The position numbers were made by a program, and so were the translations under genes. Below, piece by piece: positions 22,837 to 33,646 of a DNA stretch of 64,000 nt (its first letter is position 1; each line of letters begins with the position of its first letter). This stretch comes from an uncultured Acidobacteriota bacterium. Lineage in GTDB: Bacteria; Acidobacteriota; UBA6911. The notes under the pieces were generated by a model. That model saw nothing but the letters and a program-made list of their open reading frames with translations, made no database searches and had not been told where the DNA came from. The stretch is taken from assembly GCA_963843575.1 (NCBI GenBank), contig CAWJKZ010000014.1:704001-768000 (forward strand), written 5' to 3'.

Positions 22837-24207
22837 CTACGCCAAGTCCCGCCGCAGGTTCACGCGAAACCGTGGAGCGACGATCCGCAGGCCCGGCCGC
22901 CGCCAGGGGGCGGCCGTCGCAGGATGCTGCTCTGGAACCCGCTCCTCCCCATGAGCAGTTCCTTCAGTGGTTTCGTCCTTCCCGGCGGTCGAGGGTTCTC
23001 GCGCCGCGGTGAACGGCCTCGGAAAACGGTGTGGGCGCGCGGGCGCCGGGATGCCGGCCAGTTGGCGCGTCAAGTCGTGGTAGCTGCGCGCAAGGGTGGA
23101 GCCGTTTCTCCGGACAAGGGGCTTACCGGACATCAAGGCCCGGGCGCAGTCCTTGTCGCGGTCGGGTATCTTGAAGTAGACGGGCTGCCCCAGTACTTTT
23201 TCGACCTGTCCGGCGGTAATCTCGTCCGCGGCGCGAATGCGATTAATCACCAGCTTCAGCTTGCCCGCAGCCCCGAATGTCGCCAGGTAACGCATCAGAT
23301 ATCCGGTGCGGGAGATCGAGGAAAGCTCGGGATTCGCAATCACGAGCACCGCCTCGGCGGCCTTGATCAGCACCTGCATGTGTTCCTTCGGCAGAAGCTG
23401 CGGGATGTCGACAAGGGTGTAGGTGTAGGTCTGGGTGGCCACCTTGAGCAGCCTGGCCATGGCCGCCACATCCACAATTTCTTTTGTGCCCAAGTCCTTC
23501 GGAGCCGGGAGCACGGACAGCCCCTCGGCCCTGGCCATACAGGTGTCCAGGAGCACGGAGTCCAGGCGGGACCCTGCCGCAAGAGCCTCGGCCGTCTTGA
23601 ACGGCGGCGTCAGGCTCAGATACAACGCGGCATCTCCGAAACGATTGCCGAGTTCGATGAGCGCGACCCGGTTTCCCGGAACCGCCGCCAGTACACTGGC
23701 GATGTTGATGGCGATTGAAGTGGCTCCGCTCCCCTCCTTGGCCGCAGTGAGGCAGTAGATCTTCCCCTCGGTCCTGATTTCCTGCTTTCGCTGTTTTTCC
23801 GCGACGTGCCGGTCGATGGCCTGCACCAGGCGACGCTGCTGGACCGGCATGGGAAGGAACTCGCGCGCACCGGCGCGGACGGCCTCCATGATGAGGTTCG
23901 GGTCGGTCTTCTCGGAGAGGGCGAGCAGCCGGGTTTCCGGCAGAGCGGCCTGCAGCGCCTCGAGTGAAAGTATCCCGGCATGGGCGTCGTCTATGCCGAC
24001 CAGGATCACCTCCGGCCGGGCATCGACGAAAAGGCGCGCGGCTTCATCTCGAGGTTCTGCACAGTGCTGCGCGGACTCGACTTCCACCGACACCAGGCCT
24101 GTTTCCTCCGCCAGCCGGCGCAAGTACTTGCGGCTTTCGAGAGAAGGGATCAGCAGTCCGATGGGGACTTTCGTCGAGGGCATAGTGAACTGCTCCGGCC
24201 TGGACAC
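22837..24207 (-). CDS. CpaE/TadZ-like pilus assembly protein (receiver-like domain + ParA/MinD-like domain)
   Basis: LIMEAVRAGAREFL.P; AKEGSGATSIAINIA; LKLVINR. Confidence 0.8.
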   Translation of the reverse strand: MSRPEQFTMPSTKVPIGLLIPSLESRKYLRRLAEETGLVSVEVESAQHCAEPRDEAARLFVDARPEVILVGIDDAHAGILSLEALQAALPETRLLALSEKTDPNLIMEAVRAGAREFLPMPVQQRRLVQAIDRHVAEKQRKQEIRTEGKIYCLTAAKEGSGATSIAINIASVLAAVPGNRVALIELGNRFGDAALYLSLTPPFKTAEALAAGSRLDSVLLDTCMARAEGLSVLPAPKDLGTKEIVDVAAMARLLKVATQTYTYTLVDIPQLLPKEHMQVLIKAAEAVLVIANPELSSISRTGYLMRYLATFGAAGKLKLVINRIRAADEITAGQVEKVLGQPVYFKIPDRDKDCARALMSGKPLVRRNGSTLARSYHDLTRQLAGIPAPARPHRFPRPFTAAREPSTAGKDETTEGTAHGEERVPEQHPATAAPWRRPGLRIVAPRFRVNLRRDLA

Positions 24208-24528
24208 CGTGAGGAACTCTCCCGGTTCCAGGCTTCGAGTATATCTCCCACGAAGCTTTCGCGGCTCTGGCAGGCTTTATCGGCAGACAGGGCGAGCGTC
24301 TTCTGATTTTTGTGCGGTCGGATCGGCAATTTTTTCACTCGCGCGGCCCTGCCTAACCCGGATCATCCAAGCATGCCCGTGCTTTGCGTCGTTATCGCTC
24401 AAATACGCCTAAACTATCGCGCCGGAGCGCCGATGAGGAATGGGAATAGCTCTATAAAGTCCAGTTGGAGCGCCATGCATTCTTACCGGTGCACCCCCTC
24501 TGCGCACGTGACCAGTGAGGGAGTTACC

Positions 24529-26034
24529 ATGTCATTTCCACCCCGCCGTAACACCCGTCAACTCGCCGGCGCGGTTCCCCGGCCCGGATCGGCACGGCAG
24601 GAAGAAGGCATCGCCGTCCTGATCGCGCTTGTGGCGTTGTCGATATTCTCCATCCTCGCCATGTACATGAGCCTGAACGCGACCGTGGAAGTGCGGATCA
24701 GCGACAACTACGAATCCCGGCTGCAGGCCAACATGGCCGCACGCGCGGGGTTGAACCACGCGCGTGAGGTGCTCAGGGGATTGGCCTGGAGCGACCAGTT
24801 GAAGGGACCGGACGGAGCCTATGCCAACACCAGCGCCTACCTGACCCAGGCACGGACGTTCGGCTTTCGCAACCCCGTGGACTGGGGAGTGGCACGCGCG
24901 CTGAACATCGTCGACCCGTCCAGCAGCTTCAGCGGGGTGAGCGATGACGGCCTGGTGAATACCGGCCTCTACAACACCACTCCCGGAACGGTGCTCATTG
25001 CCGCCATCGGCAGGCCCTTCACCCCGCCGAACCCGTACGGTTCGGGTACGATCACTACCGCGCGCTACTTCACCAAGGTGACCGACAACAACGGGGAGGC
25101 GACGGAGCTTGCCGCCGACGGCGCCAACAACCCGTTCTTCGACGGGGATAACGTCATCATCCTGCGATCTATGGGGATCGCGCGCACCATCTCGGAGGCC
25201 GGGGGGGTCGTCCGGCGCAACTCGGTCGCGGTAGTCGAAACGCGATTCCGACGAGGACAGACATTTAACCTGAGTTGCCCGTTGATCATAGAAGGGGACA
25301 ACGTCAACGCCACATTCAACGGCATGCCGTGGGGTATCGCCGGCGGAGCCGGTGCAGCCGGGCTGGGCACCATCGACACCAACACCGGCAACGGAGTCCA
25401 TCCCGATCAGATAATTCGGGCCGCCGTGGGTAGCAGCGGCTCCATCACCGGGGGGGGGCTCCCCAACCCATCCATCCAGGACGTCACCGCGGCGACCGCA
25501 AGCGATTCCGAGAAAGCCAAGTTGATGGACCCTGTTTACCTGTGGAACTTTGTCCATAACCAGATTCCGAGAATAGCCGACTACAAATATACAGGCAATC
25601 AAAGCTGGAACGGCGGGAGCGCCCCTTACCTGGGGGCTTTTAACCATACGCTTCCGCTGAATGCACCCGGACAGGATCCCAAGGTCACCTTCGTGGACGG
25701 CAACCTCTCGATGAGCGGAAACATGACCGGAGGGGGGCTGCTCGTCGTGACCGGCGATCTGAACACAAACGGTCGCCTCACGTGGGATGGTCTCATCATC
25801 GTGATCGGCAATGGCTACATGGACGCGGGCGGTTTGAATCAGGGTGTGTACGGCGGTGTCTTCGTGGCCAACGTACACCAGGTCGGTGGGGTCCCCCAGT
25901 TCGGCACACCGAGCTTCCGCATGTCGGGCAACAGCCACATCTACTACGACTCAGCTGCCCTCGCGATGTCGGTTGGACTACTTCCGCCCGTCCAGCTCGG
26001 CTTCCGGGAAATCACGAGCGAGATCGACCCATAG
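24529..26034 (+). CDS. PilX-like type IV minor pilin/assembly protein
   Basis: Prepilin-like QEEG|IAVLIALVALSIFSILA, then AARAGL; C-terminal GGGLLVVTGDL. Confidence 0.7.
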   Translation: MSFPPRRNTRQLAGAVPRPGSARQEEGIAVLIALVALSIFSILAMYMSLNATVEVRISDNYESRLQANMAARAGLNHAREVLRGLAWSDQLKGPDGAYANTSAYLTQARTFGFRNPVDWGVARALNIVDPSSSFSGVSDDGLVNTGLYNTTPGTVLIAAIGRPFTPPNPYGSGTITTARYFTKVTDNNGEATELAADGANNPFFDGDNVIILRSMGIARTISEAGGVVRRNSVAVVETRFRRGQTFNLSCPLIIEGDNVNATFNGMPWGIAGGAGAAGLGTIDTNTGNGVHPDQIIRAAVGSSGSITGGGLPNPSIQDVTAATASDSEKAKLMDPVYLWNFVHNQIPRIADYKYTGNQSWNGGSAPYLGAFNHTLPLNAPGQDPKVTFVDGNLSMSGNMTGGGLLVVTGDLNTNGRLTWDGLIIVIGNGYMDAGGLNQGVYGGVFVANVHQVGGVPQFGTPSFRMSGNSHIYYDSAALAMSVGLLPPVQLGFREITSEIDP

Positions 26035-26329
26035 AGGAAAATCGGGTTCGTCGCATGCTCAAAGTGAGTCCGAGCTGAAGAGGCGGTCCAACGGTTGATT
26101 GTGGAGTACGGCGGTTCGACGCCGCCAAAGGCCGAGGTCGCAGGGTCGCATCTCGCAATTCGGCGTGGCGCCGAGGCGCCGAGCATTCCTGCCGTAGGAC
26201 GAGTGAAAGCGGCGCCGAGGCGCCGCACTCCAGATTACTTCAGTTCGTCCGGATTGAACGTCAATCGTTGGACAGCCTCCGAGGCCCGGACCCACTGTGT
26301 CTTAGGGAAGGCGATGGAAGCAAACGGGC

Positions 26330-27298
26330 CTACTGGCCTCCGCCCTTGGCGAATTCTGGTGCGTAGAGAGCTTTCGCGAAGGCCGGGTCGGCGGCCAGCT
26401 GTGGGAACCTCGGGTCGGCGAGCAGTTCGGAAAACGTGGGGTTGGCGGCTAGACGGGCGAAGTTCGGCCGCGCCGCAAGCCGGGCAAATTCCTGGTCCCG
26501 GCTGATCCGCGTGAAGAGCGGGTCCGCGAGCATCTTACGGAACGCCGGGTCGAAGGCCAGGCTGTCGAACCCGGTTGTGGTGATCAACCGCACGAACGCA
26601 TCGTCTCCGGCGAGCCGGACGAAGGTGGGGTTGGCGCAAAGCTTCCTGAATGCCGCCGAATCGGCAAGCTGGGCTATCCCGGGATTGTCTGATTTTTTGG
26701 CCAGATCCGGATCGGCGGCAATCTGAGCGAAAGCCGGGTCGGCCCCCATGCGCATGAAGGCGGGATCCACCCCTACCGAGACAAAGGCAGGTTCGCCCAG
26801 AAGTCGCACGAACTCGGGGTCGCCGGCCAGCGCTACGAACCCCGGTGCCGCTGCCGCCTTGATGAAAACCGGGTCGCACGCCAGCATCGCCAGGTCGGGC
26901 TGTCCGGCCAGCTTCACGAACCCGGGATCGCTCAACTTCTCGAGATCGGGCTCGTTCGCCAGCCTGGCGAACGCCGGGTCCGCGAGCAGCGTCTTGACCC
27001 TTGGGTCCGCCGTCAGCCGGCCAAAAACGCTGCTCTGCATCAATTTCTGCACATCCTCATCCGTCGTCGGGGCAGCGGCTGCGGGTGTCTTCATGACCAG
27101 CTCGAGAGGAACCTTGCGGGCTGCCGCGACCTCCCTGACGGGAGGCTTGCGAAAGACCCCATAGTAAACCGCCGCGATCACCGCGATGACCAGGCACGCA
27201 ATTACGATGGCCTTGTCCTGCCGGCCGGAGGCGCGTTTCTGTGCGGCCAGCCGTCGTTTTCCCCCCGGCGCCCTCGGCGCCTTCTTCGCTACCGCCAT
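26330..27298 (-). CDS. Single-pass membrane protein with ~25 tandem 9-aa DP repeats
   Basis: GGAGG RBS, basic N-terminus, TM helix, repeats of form (L/A)ADPxFxxL. Confidence 0.75.
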   Translation of the reverse strand: MAVAKKAPRAPGGKRRLAAQKRASGRQDKAIVIACLVIAVIAAVYYGVFRKPPVREVAAARKVPLELVMKTPAAAAPTTDEDVQKLMQSSVFGRLTADPRVKTLLADPAFARLANEPDLEKLSDPGFVKLAGQPDLAMLACDPVFIKAAAAPGFVALAGDPEFVRLLGEPAFVSVGVDPAFMRMGADPAFAQIAADPDLAKKSDNPGIAQLADSAAFRKLCANPTFVRLAGDDAFVRLITTTGFDSLAFDPAFRKMLADPLFTRISRDQEFARLAARPNFARLAANPTFSELLADPRFPQLAADPAFAKALYAPEFAKGGGQ

Positions 27299-27463
27299 TG
27301 AAACCTCCGGATGAAACTGGAACCACAAACACTCCGTGCTTATCACCGTATTCGTCAATCGCGGGAAATACTTTAGCGGACAATGCCTGGCCGGTGCGGA
27401 AACCGGACATAATCCGCAGGCAAAGAAATGGGAGAGGATGAAGGCAGCCGGCCGCCCGATTTA

Positions 27464-27703
27464 GGGTTCGCTCAAGAACAAGTTCACATTTTGGCGCGAG
27501 CGCCGGGCGGGCAGATGCAAGGTGCCGCGACGCCAGCGATGTCGTGACATCGTCGAGGAGCGGCAACGCCCCAGATGCCCGCCCGCCGCCGCGCCCGGGA
27601 GGGCTGACGGCTCCGCTAACAGCAATCTCCTATCGTTGCTTGCTGTAGGATCTGTTGGCTCGGGAGCCGTCGGCAAAATGTGAAGTTATTCTTGCGCGAG
27701 CCC
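27464..27703. mobile_element. MITE copy 2 (240 bp)
   Basis: Same TIRs as copy 1; TTA on both sides (27461-63 and 27704-06), consistent with a 3-bp target duplication. Confidence 0.85.
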
Positions 27704-28132
27704 TTAGCCGTCGATCATGCGCACGCGGCGCTCGTGCCGGCCACCCTCAAACACGGTGGTCAACCAGACGTCGACGATCCGCAACGCCTCGTCTTCGGTC
27801 ACGAAACGCGCTCCCAACGCCAGGACGTTGGCGTCATTGTGCGCGCGCCCCAGCCGGGCACTCTCCTGGTTCCAGCAGAGGGCGCAACGGACACCCCGGA
27901 CGCGGTTCGCCACGATCGCTTCGCCGTTTCCGGACGCACCGAGCACGATGCCACGCTCGCACTCGCCCGAACCGACGGCCAGGGCCGCGGGGCGGACGAA
28001 GACCGGGTAATCCACCGGAGCGTCCGAGTGAGTGCCGAAGTCGAGGACCACGTGCCCCAAGCGCTCGAGATGCGACCTGATCGACCCTTTGTAGCGGAAC
28101 CCTTCGTGGTCGGTACCGATGCTGATCTTCAT
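27704..28132 (-). CDS. rpiB: Ribose-5-phosphate isomerase B
   Basis: IGTDHEG, DYP, SGNGEAIVANRV, RAHNDANVLALG, FEGGRHERR. Confidence 0.93.
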   Translation of the reverse strand: MKISIGTDHEGFRYKGSIRSHLERLGHVVLDFGTHSDAPVDYPVFVRPAALAVGSGECERGIVLGASGNGEAIVANRVRGVRCALCWNQESARLGRAHNDANVLALGARFVTEDEALRIVDVWLTTVFEGGRHERRVRMIDG

Positions 28133-28293
28133 GGAGATCCCCGTTCGCCGTGAGCGGCCACGGCCCGAATGGCGCTATCCGATCGGTATACGACGTTTGT
28201 TTTCCGCAGGCCACGCCTCGAACGTCCTGAGCTCGGGGCTGAGGCTGCGTGGGGCATCGCGGTTGAACTGAAACATTTTGCCGTGGCCCGCCC

Positions 28294-28719
28294 TCACTTC
28301 TGGGCAATCCCCAGGAGTTCGATTTCAAAATCCAGGGTGGCATTGGGCGGGATCCCGGTGCGCCCGCGGGACCCGTAGGCGAGGTTTGCCGGAATGATCA
28401 GCTCGCGCTTTCCCCCGACCTTCATTCCCTTCACCCCCTCGTCCCATCCCTTGATCACGTTCCCTGCGCCGAGCGTGAAGGTGAAGGGTTTGTCGCGGTC
28501 CTTGGAACTGTCGAACTTCGCACCACGGGCGCCCTTCTCATAAAGCCATCCGGTGTAATGCACCTTCACCTTGTCGCCGGTCCTGGCCGCCTGCCCTGTG
28601 CCGGGCACATGATTTATGTAACGCAGACCCGAGGGCGTCTTGACGGCCTTCCCCTGACCCAAACCAGACACGGCCAAAACCAGAATCCCGCACAGCGCCG
28701 GCAGCCATCTCCGCATCAT
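28294..28719 (-). CDS. FKBP-type peptidyl-prolyl isomerase, exported
   Basis: [42 protein letters not shown]. Confidence 0.95.
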   Translation of the reverse strand: MMRRWLPALCGILVLAVSGLGQGKAVKTPSGLRYINHVPGTGQAARTGDKVKVHYTGWLYEKGARGAKFDSSKDRDKPFTFTLGAGNVIKGWDEGVKGMKVGGKRELIIPANLAYGSRGRTGIPPNATLDFEIELLGIAQK

Positions 28720-28736
28720 TGCCTCCACCGTTATGA

Positions 28737-29316
28737 TCAATTCGGCTTCGCCTCGTTCGACGAAAAACACTGCATGGTACCAGAAGCGCCGCCCCGGGTC
28801 TGCTTTTGGTCGATGCGCTCAACCGAAAAAACGATGTGGTCGAAACCGGCGTACATGGTGTTGGCGGTCGGCTTCATCCCGATCTTCAGCGCGACCCCTT
28901 GGGACGGAATATTTTCAGGCCGGATGAGGGCGATGACGCGCGCGCATGTCGAGGACATGAAAGGCGTGGTCTCGTATGGTGGCCGCAGCCTCGGTGGCCA
29001 GTCCCCTGCGCCAGAACCTGCGGTCGACGATGTAGCCGAGAGAAGGTTCGGTTACACCGTCCACATCACACATCAGGAGTCCGGCCTGTCCGATGGGTTG
29101 GTCCGTGGCGCGGTCCAGGGCGAGCCAGTAGCCGTGGCCGTCACGCGCGTAGCGTTGTTCCATGCGGTTCACCCAGGCTTCGGCCTCCAGCCGCGTATAG
29201 CACCGCGGCCAGAAGCGCATCACTTCCGGATCGCCGAGCAGCGAGGCTATATAATCGATATCCGGGAGAGACATCTCACGAAAGCGGATCCGAGGCGATT
29301 CGAGCACCCAGCGCAT
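28737..29316 (-). CDS. GNAT N-acetyltransferase, RimJ/RimL type (frameshifted)
   Basis: [37 protein letters not shown]. Confidence 0.8.
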
Positions 29317-29452
29317 GCGCGCACCACCACACCCTGTTCGGCGAAGTTTAGGGGGCGGTCGCGGGCGTGTCAAGACGGGCACGGCCCGCCGTGCGAGGAA
29401 GATCGTGCGGAATCGTGTATCCTGCGACGGTACTCTTTTGGAGGACAAGCAT

Positions 29453-30003
29453 ATGAGACGAGCGGCGGCTCTGCGCGCTCCTGTCGGCGCTGATTGCCGG
29501 TAGAGCATCGGCCGAGGAGAGGACAATACCTGCCGGAACAAGGATATCGGTGACACTCCACGATTCCGTGAGCTCGAAGTCGGCTCGCGTGGGGACGCGG
29601 GTGGCGGGCAGCGTTGCTGAAGATGTGGTCTTCCACGGCAGGGTTCTGGTTCCTCGCGGTTCGCCTGCGACCCTTCTGGTCGCCAGCGTTCAGCCTTCCG
29701 GCAGACTGCGGACGGCGGCCCGGCTTTATCTGAGTCTTGTCAGCTTGAAGGCAGGGGAGCAATCCTACGCGGTGGAGTCGCGCTGGGCGGGTGCGGTCGG
29801 GCCTTCGCACGCGAAGAGGTAACGTCGCCGCGGCCGGCGGCGGCGCGGCCGCCGGGGGGGCAAAGGGGCGCGGCGAATGGCGCTGCTGCGGGCGCAGGCG
29901 CAGGCTCGGTCGACGCCGACGGCCACCGGGAGGAGAGACGTCGATATTCCCCGCGGAGACGAAGCTCCTGTTCATGACGAAATCCTCCATCCGGCTGCGG
30001 TGA
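29453..30003 (+). pseudogene. Degenerate or frameshifted exported hypothetical protein with glycine-zipper region
   Basis: IPAGTRISVTL.DSVSSKSARVG...VLVPRGS...GGGAAAG...PAETKLLF spread across frames. Confidence 0.45.
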
Positions 30004-30442
30004 TGCGTGGCGTGCCTCGCATGGAGAGAAACCGCTCAAAGGACGAACGGTAGCGCTGCAGCGCGATGCGCAGGTCCTCCGTGGGTACCTGGCCGCCGGG
30101 GAGATTGTGACGTCGCGGAAGATGGCACAGACCTGGTGCGATAAGCATGCCTGCATTTTCCCCGGGTTGGAGCGCCGGCACGCCGCTCGAATTCCTGGCC
30201 GGGACTCAAGGCGCGGGTTTATAATGGCGTCACCTAGGACCTCCAGCGGAGGATCAGGATGTCCATCGGGCGCTCGCAATATCCCACGCCCCCCCCAAGG
30301 CGGTGGTCGGGATCGCCGTGGCGCCGACGCGCGCATGCGGCAACTTGGCGCCTGCTGAAACATCCAGCGCGACAAACCGCTCCCGGCTGCGCGGGGGTTC
30401 TTCCCGCCTCCACCCACGATCCAAAGAGAGAGGAGTATCCAC

Positions 30443-30916
30443 ATGGCCATTCCCAGGCAGATCTCTGAATTCCTGGACTCGCAGCAGGTCTGGTACCAGT
30501 ACTGTACACACTCTCCTGCGTATACGGCCCAGGGCCTTGCGCACGTGCAGCATGTCAGCGGGAAGGAGCTCGCCAAGGTCGTCATGGTCGTCGTGGATGG
30601 ACGAATGGTCATGGCTGTGTTGCCGGCGAGTCATCGGATCGAGATCGAGCGGCTGGCGGAGTTGTTGCACGCCCATAGCATCCGTGTCGCGGGCGAAGAG
30701 GAGTTTCAAGGCCTTTTTCCAGACTGTGAACTCGGAGCGATGCCTCCGTTCGGCAACCTGTACAACATGGACGTCTGGGTCGACACCGCACTGCGAGGGC
30801 ACCAGAACATCGTCTTCAACGCCGGTACTCACGTCGAGACGATCCAGATGAGCTATGCGGACTTCGAACGTCTGGTCCTGCCGCACGCCGGGAGTTTCAG
30901 CGTCTTGAGACACTGA
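30443..30916 (+). CDS. YbaK/EbsC family aminoacyl-tRNA deacylase
   Basis: ELAKVVMV, FPDCELGAMPPFG, VFNAGTH. Confidence 0.9.
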   Translation: MAIPRQISEFLDSQQVWYQYCTHSPAYTAQGLAHVQHVSGKELAKVVMVVVDGRMVMAVLPASHRIEIERLAELLHAHSIRVAGEEEFQGLFPDCELGAMPPFGNLYNMDVWVDTALRGHQNIVFNAGTHVETIQMSYADFERLVLPHAGSFSVLRH

Positions 30917-30974
30917 CGCGGCCCGGAGGAGGTGAAGTCCCCCCGATCCTGCAACAGCGACTCAAGGAGGCACA

Positions 30975-31463
30975 ATGCCAAAGGGGCTCCGAGTGACTGA
31001 ACCGTACCGCAATGAGAAGCGTGTTCCACCCGGGAGAAATGAGAAGCACCCTGCAGAAACACGGTGTCCGCAGTGCGGCCTCGTATTTCAGGACGGTGTC
31101 TGGAAGCGTGCCGGTGCCAGGGCCGTCCGCGAGAGCCGGCCCAAACTCTGCCCCGCGTGCATGCAAGTGCGTGACCACCTCGCGGGGGGCGTCGTTCATC
31201 TGGGCGGCACCTTCACGGCCCTGCACCGGCAGGATGTCCTTAACCGGATCAAGAACGTCGAAGCCATGACAACCGAGGAACGCCCGCTCGAGAGGATCAT
31301 CCGCATCAAGGAAGAAAACGGCGAGATCCTGGTGTCGGCGACCACCGAACACCTCGCGGCGAGGATTGGGAAGGCCATTCAGCGGGATTTTGGAGGTGAC
31401 CTGCAGCTGAAGTATTCACCGGAGGACAAGTTCGCGACGGTGCGGTGGCGCCGCGACCTGTAA
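30975..31463 (+). CDS. BCAM0308-like protein
   Basis: CPQCG..F.DG.W, CPAC..VRD, ERPLERI, TTEHLA.RIG, VRW.R. Confidence 0.75.
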   Translation: MPKGLRVTEPYRNEKRVPPGRNEKHPAETRCPQCGLVFQDGVWKRAGARAVRESRPKLCPACMQVRDHLAGGVVHLGGTFTALHRQDVLNRIKNVEAMTTEERPLERIIRIKEENGEILVSATTEHLAARIGKAIQRDFGGDLQLKYSPEDKFATVRWRRDL

Positions 31464-31583
31464 ACGGATGTTCATGGGTACCGGTGCGCCTTCCGGCCCT
31501 TGCCGCGACGGCGCACCGGGCCTCCCCGCCTTTGCGGCAGGACGCATCCTCAATTGTCGAGCCCTCACGGAAGAACAGCTCTC

Positions 31584-31780
31584 GTGACCGACGACAAAAT
31601 GCCAAGGCGAAGCTTTCTGAAGGCAATACCCGCGGCAGGAGCCGGCCTCACCGCCGATCTTGTGCGCCGGCGCTCATCTCGCAGCGCAGCCCGAACGACA
31701 CTATCGGCATCGGCTGTATCGGGCGGGGTCGGCACCCAGGGCCACTACCTGATGCCGGACCTGCAGCTCGTTCCGGGGCT
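31584..31780 (+). pseudogene. N-terminal remnant of a Tat-exported Gfo/Idh/MocA oxidoreductase
   Basis: PRRSFLK, then SPNDTIGIGCIG..G.QG across frames; ends before the convergent apt. Confidence 0.55.
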
Positions 31781-31809
31781 GCGTCGTCCCGACGCGGCCC
31801 CCTTTCCCC

Positions 31810-32325
31810 TCAGTAGTGCATCAGGCTCGTGATCTCGAAGCCGGCCAGCTTCTCCCGGCCTCTCAGAAAATCCAATTCCACCATGAAGGCCAGACCCACC
31901 ACGACGCCGCCCACGCGCTGGACGAGTTCCGCCACCGCCTTCGCGGTCCCGCCCGTCGCGATGAGATCGTCGACGATCAGGATCCGCTGCCCGGGCTCGA
32001 TGGCGTCCTGGTGCATATCGAGGCTGTCGGTTCCATATTCGAGATCGTAGCTGACCCGGTGCACGGCCGCCGGCAGCTTGCCCGGCTTACGCACCGGTAC
32101 GAATCCCGCCCCGAGGGCATAGGCAACGGTTGGTGCAAATATGAAACCGCGCGCCTCGATACCGATCACCAGGTCGATGTTCTTGTCGCGGTAGGGTGCG
32201 ATCAGAGCGTCGACCACCTGCTGGAAGCACTTGCCTTTCTTGAGGAGCGTGGTTACGTCGTAAAAAAGGATCCCCTTCTTGGGCCAGTCCGGGACTTCGC
32301 GAATTTCCGCTTTGAGCCGCTCCAT
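31810..32325 (-). CDS. apt: Adenine phosphoribosyltransferase
   Basis: [39 protein letters not shown]. Confidence 0.96.
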   Translation of the reverse strand: MERLKAEIREVPDWPKKGILFYDVTTLLKKGKCFQQVVDALIAPYRDKNIDLVIGIEARGFIFAPTVAYALGAGFVPVRKPGKLPAAVHRVSYDLEYGTDSLDMHQDAIEPGQRILIVDDLIATGGTAKAVAELVQRVGGVVVGLAFMVELDFLRGREKLAGFEITSLMHY

Positions 32326-32326
32326 C

Positions 32327-32608
32327 TCACCATCCTTCCACGAGAAACGTTCCATATCCGCCTGTTGCTTCGATGTCGAACTCATCCACCCGCTCTACGT
32401 GGGACAGGGACGGACCCTTCCGCACTTCACGCAGGAACTGCTCGACCCGCTTTGGGGTGCCCTCGACTATGATCTCCACGGTCGAGTCGGGGTTGTTGCG
32501 CGCGTCGCCCGTCACTCCGAGCCTGATCCCCGTATGCTGCACGAAATAACGAAACCCCACCCCCTGGACTCGGCCGTGCACGATCAGGCGCTTCCCCACC
32601 ATCGCCAT
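32327..32608 (-). CDS. acyP: Acylphosphatase
   Basis: [21 protein letters not shown]. Confidence 0.93.
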   Translation of the reverse strand: MAMVGKRLIVHGRVQGVGFRYFVQHTGIRLGVTGDARNNPDSTVEIIVEGTPKRVEQFLREVRKGPSLSHVERVDEFDIEATGGYGTFLVEGW

Positions 32609-32709
32609 GAGCCCATTGAACCTTGCCCGTCAATCCAGGTCAAATGAAAAACCGTGCCCCGGAGCCGGTCTCCTCACGCCGACAGCAGAGCCCCGTGCGG
32701 AAAAGGAAC

Positions 32710-33516
32710 TCAGTGGGCTGCGGCCGCGATCGCCGCGATGCTCTCGAACAACGCCACGTCCTTCCGGAGCATTTTAGGGTCGTCCTTCTTGTAGATCCCG
32801 ACGCAGACGAGGTCCTGCGGGCGCAAGTACCGGCTGCAATAGGTAAACGCGTCCCGGGGATCGTTTCGGCCTGCCGCCAGGATCTTATAGTGGATGACGG
32901 GCTTGGAGAGCGTCTGGATCAGGGCCGTCATCGCCCTCCGATCCTCTTCCAGGTACGCTTCCTCCAGCCCGCTGTGGTGCTCGGGATCGTCGTCCCGGGC
33001 GGTCGGGTCGTAATAACAGCACATGTAATAATCGACGGCGAGGTTTTTCTCCGCCCACTCGAACACGGCTGTCCTGTGTCCGGCGACCCCGACGGGAAGC
33101 CCGTGTTCTTTGAGCATGTCCACGGCGCGCCTCACCTCATCCGCCCGGCCTTGGGCCAGAAGGTGGTCCATGACGCCCCCGTGGATGTGACACGCGCTGG
33201 CGCCGCCGTCAATGGCCATGCGCGCGCAAAACTCGCTCGGCCCGACGGCCGGGCATGTCTGCGCCACCCAAGCGAGCTTGCCTCCCTCATCCCAGTATTC
33301 CATCAGGAAACGCATGACGTGATGGTCCGCTCGTCCAACCACTGCCTTAATGCCCAGCCGCTCCGCTTCGAAAAGCACCCCTTTGATTCTCGCGACGGTG
33401 TAATAACGAATCATCTCCCTATCGCGGGCGCTCCCCTGATGCGAAAAGCCGCTGAAGGGATTACTCCCCAGCAGCAGCCGCGAGACCGGCAAATTCCCTA
33501 ACCTGGTTGTTTCCAT
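32710..33516 (-). CDS. Aldo/keto-reductase-like hypothetical protein
   Basis: LGNLPVSRLLLGSNPFSG and YKILAAGR pattern. Confidence 0.6.
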   Translation of the reverse strand: METTRLGNLPVSRLLLGSNPFSGFSHQGSARDREMIRYYTVARIKGVLFEAERLGIKAVVGRADHHVMRFLMEYWDEGGKLAWVAQTCPAVGPSEFCARMAIDGGASACHIHGGVMDHLLAQGRADEVRRAVDMLKEHGLPVGVAGHRTAVFEWAEKNLAVDYYMCCYYDPTARDDDPEHHSGLEEAYLEEDRRAMTALIQTLSKPVIHYKILAAGRNDPRDAFTYCSRYLRPQDLVCVGIYKKDDPKMLRKDVALFESIAAIAAAAH

Positions 33517-33646
33517 TGCGATGTCATCCCTTCGCGAAGACTTTCATGGCGTCCGACGATCCCTCTCCGGACCAGTGCGCCGCACGCTGCCAGGGATTCA
33601 GCCGACGGCGGCCCGCCCTTCACCCGCGGATCGCCCGGCCGGCCGT

